Source of the DNA: Macrostomum lignano
Taxonomy: Eukaryota
NCBI GenBank assembly: GCA_002269645.1
Contig: NIVC01001285.1
Span: 35,328 to 99,327 of the forward strand
Direction: 5' to 3'
DNA: 64,000 nt
Each line of letters starts with the position of its first letter. Within the stretch, counting starts at the first letter, position 1. Under the pieces are notes generated by a model. That model was not told the origin of the DNA. It searched no databases and saw nothing but the letters and a program-made list of their open reading frames with translations. This document shows, piece after piece, positions 11,612 to 19,743 of this stretch. Both the position numbers and the translations under genes were made by a program.

Positions 11612-12588
11612 ACAATGACAAAAGCACTAAATTTAGTTTTTATTGTTTTATTATCAACAGGTTTTGGTTCGTAGCTTACTTAGGTAGTCGTTGTATCTTA
11701 AGTTTTCCACCGATTACCTTGATAAATTAACTTTTAGGTAATGATAAGACAAACCCTATATTCCACTGACTCTTGAGCATGCTCATAAATACACGGATGC
11801 GTACAAGTTGCATTAGGTGCTCATGATCAGACTTTTCTAACGTCTGGAAGTACACTATGAAACTTCTGGAAGTCCTGACTCCTATAGGTCGCGATTCTTA
11901 CAACAAGCCCAAAGCTAATTTTCATACATGATTCCCGAATTAAAATGTGGCCGTGCGTACGTAATCGAACCCGAAATCGATGCCGCTGTATTGATGCATA
12001 CTATATCAGTTTTTTGCGCAAACACAGCAATAAACAATCGTTTTCAGAGAATTTACATCTATATTTATTCTTTTTTATCAGATTTCGTTGATTTAAAAAA
12101 TGACGAACGAGTATTGCACTTGACCGAGTTCCAGTCAGCCACGGTCACGAAATTGTTGATGTTTGCTTGTAATTTCTGCGAAATTTGTCTAACTTTAATT
12201 GAAAATTGTGCGTAACCAAAACGTGACTAGAATGAATAAAAATGGAGTTACATAGGTCGTATGCACTGTAAAAATTAAAAAAAATATGCACCAATGATAA
12301 ACATAATTACAACGAAGAACCCCCAATATATAATGTGTACTTATCATAATTATACTTGTAATTGAATTCTGGAACACACTGCCACTATAAATGTATTTTT
12401 CAGCAGAACAGTGTCGATATCTTTAGTTTAAACGCAACTGGAACTCGGCAATCATAGCCAGCATATTTAACAAATTATACAAGTTTTTCGCGCTGTGTTC
12501 TACACTTTCTACTTATCAGTAGACGATCATAACAGTCATTACCATATACATGCATCTAAGGACCGTGTTTTGAGGATAAAACTAAAAT

Positions 12589-12648
12589 ACGCGCAGAAAT
12601 GGCACTGGTCGCTCCTGTGAATGCCCTGCAGCTAAGTCCGGTAAGTCA
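12589..12648 (+). mobile_element. Short 3'-end remnant of a third related LINE (or a SINE sharing the tail)
   Basis: GCCCTGCAGCTAAGTC (12623-12638) is identical to the terminus of both LINE families and is followed by cggTAAGTCA. Upstream, cgcag-aaat-ggc-actg-gtc-gctc-ctgtg can form the same nested stem-loop. Confidence 0.5.
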
Positions 12649-13811
12649 CGCCTCTCACCCAACCTATCAGATACTGAGACTGCCGGTGGCCAGGGAATCC
12701 TGAGACCGCATACGCCAAGCTCGTCGTAGATGAAGGATAACCAACTCTTAATAGAATTCTAGCAGTCGATGCCGAGGATGATGTCCTCCAACTTGGTGTT
12801 GCAACCTGGGCGGAAGAGCTGAATAGGGGACACAGAATCTCCAGGCCAGTCTTCTCGTAGAAGACAGCTGAGTTCGGCCCAAACTCGAGGTTGCTTTCTG
12901 AGCAGGAAAAATCGGCGGTTAAATTAAGAACCAACAGGCCCGTGATTTGTTCTAGCGGAGCACATCGGTTTCGATTGACTGAGCTTGTTACTAGCTAGAC
13001 CTGAGAAGCTCAGATATCCTTATCAGGCCCCGGAGAAGTTTCAGTAATGTCATGTCGAAAACAACATAAAAATATATATTAGATCGGGAATACAGAGGAG
13101 ATTGCAATGGAATAATCTGCCGGAATATCAAGATTGAGACAAATATACTTTCCAGGGGAAAAATTCGCAGCTGTCAAAAATGTCGTCACACTAGGAATAA
13201 ATTCGAACTCATACATGTAGGCCGAAATTTCATGTGATTGATGGCCTGTCAAAATGAGAAAAAAGTGCCTGTCACGTGATTCTCCCAGACCATCTGGCGT
13301 CAGTAGACCTGAAGTCCCGCATGCCAAACAGTTGACACCTGTTGCTTTCGACCCGGAAAAGTATGCTGAAATAGAATCCTAACACAAAATGAAGGATAAG
13401 AAGAGAATGTGAGATAGAGGGAAGGAAAGAATAGATTAGATATGAGAAGTAGTGTTACTGGCAGTAGTAAATACATAAGTCAGTGCTGAAAGACTCTCCT
13501 CAGCTGTATTTTTATTAAGAAAATAGAAAAGCTAAAGTTTTCCTGAAGACTATGCAAATTTATTTAGCTGATAAGTCATTATTCAATTCAAAATCTGCAG
13601 TTGTGTCTGATCAGTTTTTCGGATTTGGCTTCATAATTAACCGGAACAAATCCGGGAAAACGAAAATTTTAATCAAATAGAAGTTACAAAAAGTGAATTT
13701 CCTGTGACTTTTAGCCTCAAATGGCTGAATGACGTTTTTTAACAAAACGTTTCTAAGAAGGATCGATAACGACAAAAATCAGCCATAGAAAATACAGAAA
13801 GAGAGCGCAAC

Positions 13812-13955
13812 CAGGGGTGTCGCCATAGATTTTATGGTAGGGGGGGGAGAAAACCAAAATTCTTCTACATGACTAAATTCCTAAAAATTATTTTGGGTAT
13901 TTATGTTGTTAGCACTCATTTTGGCCCCGCAGGCACTCATTCATGCGCGCTAGTA
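13812..13955 (-). mobile_element. Second, diverged copy of the 4762-5091 dispersed repeat
   Basis: Its reverse complement aligns by eye with 4862-5091 (aatgagtgc, gaatttNgtcatgta, aaaatcYatggcgacRcccc). Confidence 0.45.
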
Positions 13956-14459
13956 TCATGCCTTCCCCTGGTTGTGCAGCTCCCTGGGCCGTCCCGGGGG
14001 ATAGGACAGGTAAATTAAGAATTATATTATTCTAAAAGTTGCTTTTATTTTTGCTTGCACTAGCATCAACTACATTTTCCAGGTGACACAATTGAATTGC
14101 ATGTAAATCCATCCCTCAACAAACTAGTTCTAACCAATGAACAAACCCGGAAAACACGCAGCCAATCCAATGGGTTAAACAAACCAAAAAAGTATTTGAA
14201 AAGCGGTGCCTCAATGTATCAGAAATTTGCTCTACTGCCGCGGCTACTGCTCAGCTCACGAAATAACTGTCAAAAAATGCACAAGCGCGTTTTAAACCTG
14301 CTGTCCTGTGCCATCCTGCTTTGGCTTTGCAGGCCAACAACGGCGAAAACTGTGTTCACGGCAAGCTTGACTTGACTTAGCTGCAGGGCTGTCCCGGAGG
14401 GGACACAGCGGGAAGGCGCGGGCGCCCATTCCGCTAGTCCCTGAACGGCCGACGCGTCG

Positions 14460-17400
14460 CTATGGACGGAGGGTTGGCGCCGCCCAGGGAGGTCCCCCAG
14501 TGTCGCCAGCAGCTATGGTGCTCTCTGGAAAGGAGAGTTCAGCCCTGCGGGTGGCCCGAAGGTAGCGCATGAGCTGATTAAAGTTTTCGGGTTTGCACGC
14601 TTCAGTAATAGATGTGTGTGGCCCGAGGTAAGTGAGTCTGGCCCGCGTGAAGGCGGGACAGATGCTGACGAAATGCTCAGCGGTTTCGTCACCTGAGTTG
14701 CAGAAACTACAGGTGGCGTTGGTGGCGTTGCCCTGCAGGTACTGGTGCCTGGAGAAGCAGCCGTGACCAGAGAGGGTCATGGTGGCAGCCCGGATGTCTC
14801 TGCGCGAGAGGCGCAAGAGGAGCTTCCGGAGCTGGTGAGAGGGCTGAGGGACAGCGCCTCTGGATTGCCTGCAGTTCGTGCGGTTCGCCCAAGTCGAGCG
14901 GTGCTGAGTCCTGATCCACGCTTTGATGCGCGAGTCGATGACACAGCCAGGAATCGGGACAAGAGGTTCGGGGCCGAGAGAGGAGCCGGAGGCACCAACT
15001 TTTGCAAGGGTGTCAGCCAACTCATTTCCTCGGATCCCCACATGCCCCGGAACCCACTTAAGGGTAATTTTGTTGGCGGAACCCAACACATTGAGGAGTT
15101 TGATACAGTCAAGGACTGTAGCAGAGTTGGTGCTGCAGCCACTGATGGCGTGCAAGGCAGCTTGGCTGTCCGAATGGAAAATGATGTTCTTACCAGTAAC
15201 GCCAGTGGCGAGAAGCTCTGCAGTGCAGGAGCTGATGGCCAGAACTTCATTTTGGAAAACACTGGAGTTGACCCCAGTGTATTGAGCGTGGGTAGCGATG
15301 GCCCTCCCGTTCAGAAAGATTCCAACACCAAAGCCGGTGTTGGCTGACTGCTTAGAACCGTCGGTGTAGCAATGAAGCTCACCAGGGTTCCAATGGTCAT
15401 TGATGTTATCGCGCGAGTCGATAGCTACGGAGTAGCGCTGTCTCAGGTTGAGCGTTGAGGCAATGCCATCGGTGAAGACGCGATTGGCCTGACACTCGTT
15501 GAGAAAGTTGAGGCACAGATCGCTATGCGGGACAAGGTTCCGCTTAGCAGGTGCTCTCATGTAAATGAATTTGACGCCGGCATCAATTAGACGCCGCGTC
15601 GTTCTAGCCGCCTCACCCCTGATGAAGAGGTCAAGAGGCGGAAGATTAAGAAAGGCCCCCATGCCAGCAAAGGGCGTGGACCTGGTGGCGTTGCAGATGA
15701 GCCTACACGCTCTGCCTTGGATCGTGTTGAGCAGGTCTGCATGGCTTTTGACCTGGGTAGCGCTAACCCAGACAACAGAGGCGTACGTAATGGCAGGTCT
15801 AACTACGGAAGTATAGATCCACCAAAGCCGCTTTGGGGATAGACCCCAAGAAGTGCCAAGTGCTCGTCGGAGCTGGGCCAGGATGGCTGAGGCACGCTTA
15901 GCTTTTGCTTTCACGTGGAAGGACCAGTTGAGCCGGTGGTCAAGTGTGACCCCGAGACATCTGGTCTGGTGCGCGAAGGCAATATCTCTGCCGTAGAGCT
16001 GCAGAGGACGTATGTTCCAGCGTAGTCTGCTGGTAAACATAATGGCAACGGTTTTGGGCTCAGAGAGTTCCAAACCATTGTCATTGGCCCAGGATTCTGC
16101 TTTGCGGATAAAGCTCTGCATCAGATCCCTGAGCGTGCTGGGAGACGGTCCTGCCACAATGGCCGTGACGTCATCAGCATACCCGACTTTGAAGACGGGG
16201 TCAGGTCGGGAGTCACTCAGAAGAGCGTCCATGACCAGGTTCCAGAGCGTCGGGGTGAGGACTCCGCCTTGGGGTCCACCCTTACAGACTCTGGTGGAGG
16301 CAGTTTGCCCAAGAAGTTGGGCAGTGACCGTACGGTTGGAGATCATGTACATGATCCACTGTATGAGGGTAGCATGAGCTTTGCGATTTTGAAGGGCCCT
16401 CTGAAACGCTTCAAAGATAACGTTGTCGAAGGCGCCAACAATGTCAAGAAAGAGAGCCAGGGCGTAACCGTCACCCAGTACCGCCCGTTCAATCTTTTCG
16501 ACAATCGCATGCAGGGCGCTGTCAGTCGACCTCCCGGTACGGAAGGCGTGCTGATTATTGCTGAGGGGCATCGCTGTCAGCTCGCAGGAGAGCAGCCGCC
16601 AGAGAATAAGCCTCTCAGTGAGCTTAAGCATTGCTGACGTTAAGCTAATTGGCCGGAAGGCCTTGACGCTTTGGTAGTCACCCTTCCCAGGTTTGGGAAT
16701 AAAGACTACTCGAGCTTCAGTCCAGCTTTTGGGAACGTATCCCAGCTGGATAGAGGCCCGCATAAGATTGCGGGTGAGTCTCAGGAACGAGGGTATCTTG
16801 GCTGCTTCACGAAGGAGAACAGGGTAGATACCATCAGGTCCAGGAGATTTGAAGGGTTTGAAGGTTCTGACCGCACGAGCGATTAGGTCTTCAGTGACAA
16901 TGCCCGCCGCTAGGGTGGCTCCATCCATCGAATGGTTGGGCTCCGGTCTAGCAGTAGGTACCCTCGGGAAGAATGTGCTAAGCATATGCTGAAGCACTTC
17001 TTCAGGGTCTTTAGTAAGAGAGCCATCATCTTTTTTTATCATGGCTAATTTGGACATTTTGTCCATTGTAAGGGCCTTGACAAGCCTAGAAGTAGGTCTG
17101 TCTTGATCCAATTCATTGCAGAATTGGCGCCACTTACATTCCTTGGCCTTGCGCACTTCAGATTTGAAATTGCGGGAGGCTTGCCGGAAAAGCTCCATGT
17201 CCTCCGGGTTTCCGGTCTTCATGGCACGGCGATGAAGGCTTTTGGCCTTCCGCCTGAGTTTCCCCAGCTCCGGGTTCCACCACGGCGCCGAGGTCTTGCC
17301 TCTGTAGGCGCGAGCAGGACAAGCCGCTTCGTAGGCTGCAATAATGCAACCTGTCAGCGTCTCAGCCATATGATCCACATCCTCGCAGGTCTCAATCGGA

Positions 17401-18200
17401 CGTAAGTCCGTGAGTTCCTGCAGGTGCAGATCAAGGGCAGCCTTGTAGGCCGCCCAATCAGTGTTGCGGATATTGCGTCTCCAAGTGATCGGAGACTGGG
17501 TTTTAGTGTCCGCGATATTAAAGGCGATAAAGCAGTGGTCAGACAGGGAGGGCTCCTCAGACCAGACTCTCCACTCCTTGACTCTGTCAAAGAGTCTTGG
17601 GGTGACGAGTGTGGCGTCGAGGACCTCGGTCCATCTGCCATTATTAAAGGTAGGAGTGCTGCCGCGGTTGCAGAGCATGAGGTTTGTGTTAGAGATGAGG
17701 GCCAGAAGCTCCTCTCCTCTAGTGTTGGTATCTTTGCTGCCCCAGTGCTTGTGGTGCGCGTTGAGGTCGCCCCCTAAGCACAGCTCAGCGTTCTGGGACT
17801 CGCAGTACTGCGCAAGGCGCAGTAAACTCTCGGGAGCAGGGTCTCTGTCGCCTGGGATATAAACCGAGGCAACAAGACACGTACGCGGAGAGAAATGATT
17901 AGATTGGATGACGCAAAGGTCTCCATCAGAGAGATCAGTCCTCAGCCAAGCCTGGAGATGGCTAGCAGCGAGGATAGCCGCTCTAGGGCGGCTGTTCCCC
18001 GGGCCACACACATAAAAATCAGAGTAGCCAGAGGGAATGTTGGGCAACTTACCGTTGCGCATCCAGGGTTCCTGGATCAGGATGAGGCCTGGCCTGTACA
18101 GCTCAGCAATCTTCATCAGATTTACTGACGCAGATACGCAATGCTGTAAATTTATTTGCAGACAGAATGTCGCTCCTTTGGCAGCGTGGAGCTTAGTCAT
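14460..18200 (-). CDS. Family 2 ORF2, intact 1246 aa APE-RT-RNase H-CCHC polyprotein
   Basis: Motifs LQINLQH, LIQEPW, GDLNAHH, LSDH, KSPGPDG, PQGGVLTP, GYADD, YTDGS, WVPGHVGIRGNELAD and CSFC...ETAEHFVSIC. No stop or frameshift. Confidence 0.95.
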   Translation of the reverse strand: MTKLHAAKGATFCLQINLQHCVSASVNLMKIAELYRPGLILIQEPWMRNGKLPNIPSGYSDFYVCGPGNSRPRAAILAASHLQAWLRTDLSDGDLCVIQSNHFSPRTCLVASVYIPGDRDPAPESLLRLAQYCESQNAELCLGGDLNAHHKHWGSKDTNTRGEELLALISNTNLMLCNRGSTPTFNNGRWTEVLDATLVTPRLFDRVKEWRVWSEEPSLSDHCFIAFNIADTKTQSPITWRRNIRNTDWAAYKAALDLHLQELTDLRPIETCEDVDHMAETLTGCIIAAYEAACPARAYRGKTSAPWWNPELGKLRRKAKSLHRRAMKTGNPEDMELFRQASRNFKSEVRKAKECKWRQFCNELDQDRPTSRLVKALTMDKMSKLAMIKKDDGSLTKDPEEVLQHMLSTFFPRVPTARPEPNHSMDGATLAAGIVTEDLIARAVRTFKPFKSPGPDGIYPVLLREAAKIPSFLRLTRNLMRASIQLGYVPKSWTEARVVFIPKPGKGDYQSVKAFRPISLTSAMLKLTERLILWRLLSCELTAMPLSNNQHAFRTGRSTDSALHAIVEKIERAVLGDGYALALFLDIVGAFDNVIFEAFQRALQNRKAHATLIQWIMYMISNRTVTAQLLGQTASTRVCKGGPQGGVLTPTLWNLVMDALLSDSRPDPVFKVGYADDVTAIVAGPSPSTLRDLMQSFIRKAESWANDNGLELSEPKTVAIMFTSRLRWNIRPLQLYGRDIAFAHQTRCLGVTLDHRLNWSFHVKAKAKRASAILAQLRRALGTSWGLSPKRLWWIYTSVVRPAITYASVVWVSATQVKSHADLLNTIQGRACRLICNATRSTPFAGMGAFLNLPPLDLFIRGEAARTTRRLIDAGVKFIYMRAPAKRNLVPHSDLCLNFLNECQANRVFTDGIASTLNLRQRYSVAIDSRDNINDHWNPGELHCYTDGSKQSANTGFGVGIFLNGRAIATHAQYTGVNSSVFQNEVLAISSCTAELLATGVTGKNIIFHSDSQAALHAISGCSTNSATVLDCIKLLNVLGSANKITLKWVPGHVGIRGNELADTLAKVGASGSSLGPEPLVPIPGCVIDSRIKAWIRTQHRSTWANRTNCRQSRGAVPQPSHQLRKLLLRLSRRDIRAATMTLSGHGCFSRHQYLQGNATNATCSFCNSGDETAEHFVSICPAFTRARLTYLGPHTSITEACKPENFNQLMRYLRATRRAELSFPESTIAAGDTGGPPWAAPTLRP

Positions 18201-18239
18201 ACTGTATTAAATGCAATATCTGGCTAGAGCCCAGGGCCA

Positions 18240-19743
18240 TCAAGGAGACTTGGACAACAGATCGTCCTCGTCCCAGGCCGCTGGGGCTTGACTGGGAGAT
18301 GGGAGTTGGTCGACGTCCATGGCCTCCTCACCCCCACCGGCCCCCCAGCAGAGTCCTCAGGCTCCGATGACAGGATGGAGGAAGCTTCCTCACCTGCATC
18401 TTTACCTTCAGACCCCACCAAGGTGGCCGAGGAGAGCTCGGATTCCGAAGACCCGGCCTCGTCCTCAACTCCTTCTCCGACTGGCAGGTTTGGTTCCCGG
18501 GGCTCGGCCGGAGCCGTTACCGCGGTCGCCGAACTGCTGCTAGCAGAGGGGCGAGATGCAGCTTTGGCTTTGGGATCGGCTTGCGCCTTTCCTTGGGCCT
18601 TAGACTGCGCCCCGCTCTTGCCGGAGATGCCGGGGTTGGCAGTAGCCTTCCCTTTGGCAGACTTTCCTCGGCGCAACTTGAGCTTGAGGGCACCCAGCTG
18701 GAAAGAGGATCCATTAGGGTACCGACTCGCCCAAGTGCTGGAAAGGCCGAGGACAATTGAGTTGCCCGTCTCCCCCCTGCGGACTTTGCGGTGATACACC
18801 AGTCCACTAGCAGGGAGGTCGGGGTTCAGACGCAGTAGGACCCGGCGAATAACGTCTGGTCCAGCTGCGGTGCTCTTAGCAGGGACGAAAACCACATAGG
18901 GTATCGTCTTTGGACGCTGGCCCTCGCGAAGAAAAAGAGCTCCACCAAGGTCAGCATCCAAGGAGACCGTCGGTAGCCGCTGGAGCAGCCGCCGAGCGTC
19001 CTCCTCGCTGCTAGGAGCAATAAGAACGAATGTGCTTCGCAGCACCATCCGCTCAACGCCGATGGAGATTCCCTCCTCGACAGTCAGCTCAATCAGATAG
19101 GAGTCAACAGCACTCCACACTTTTTGAAGCTGATCAGTGGTCCAGTCCTGGTCGCGACCTTGGATGATCACTCCCGGGATTTTGGCCTTGGCCTTCGCCG
19201 CAAAGGTAGCTCCCGAAGGAACCTCCTTGTTGGCAGTGGCCATTTGTTGCGCCGTGGTTTCGGCCTCAGCAGCCGCGGCAGCAGCTCCAGGGAGCGCCGC
19301 CGCTGAACTACTGGAGCTTCCACCGGCCGGCCCGCCTGGTTGCCTTGGGACTCCAGTCGCTTCAGCATCCATGGTGGACGCCGCCGCTTTGGCCCCCGCA
19401 GCTCCCTTCTTGGCCTGCCTTTTGGCGCGTTGTTTAGCGCGTTTGCGCTCAAGCCGAGCCCGCTGAGCTTCATCGGATCTGCCAGATTTGGCCGGTCCTT
19501 TAGGCTCAGAGCTCGCGGTTCCCTTAGATCCACCAGCGGAGCTGGCAGGTCTTAGGGTATTTTGAGTTTGGTAGCTCTGGTCGGATCTGCCAGCAGAGCC
19601 AGCCGGTCCTTCCTTGCCACAGTTGAATCAGTCGGTTGGGATCTGCCAGCAGGGCCGGCCGGTCCTTCGGACTGAGGTTGGGGTTTAGAAGGGTCCCCGT
19701 CCCTAGAAATAGCTTGTTTATCCATAGTCGGCTCGAAGGCCAT
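18240..19743 (-). CDS. Family 2 ORF1 (DUF4780/RRM-like nucleic-acid chaperone, no CCHC knuckle) with two apparent 1 bp frameshifts
   Basis: ATG 19743 (MAFEPTMDKQ...GPAGPAGRSQ) is out of frame with the sister repeats GPAGSAGRSD/GPAKSGRSD downstream of ~19625. Adding one G to the G6 run at 18341-18346 gives the C-terminus GEEAMDVD...DEDDLLSKSP*, which matches family 1 EPMEI...ENELLFSSP. The DUF4780 likeness is from motif memory only. Confidence 0.75.

Noticed and set aside
12990-13050. Hammerhead ribozyme on the minus strand (GAAAC ... CUGAUAA)
   Set aside because: The core is non-consensus and there are only 12 nt between the motifs, too few for stems I and III.
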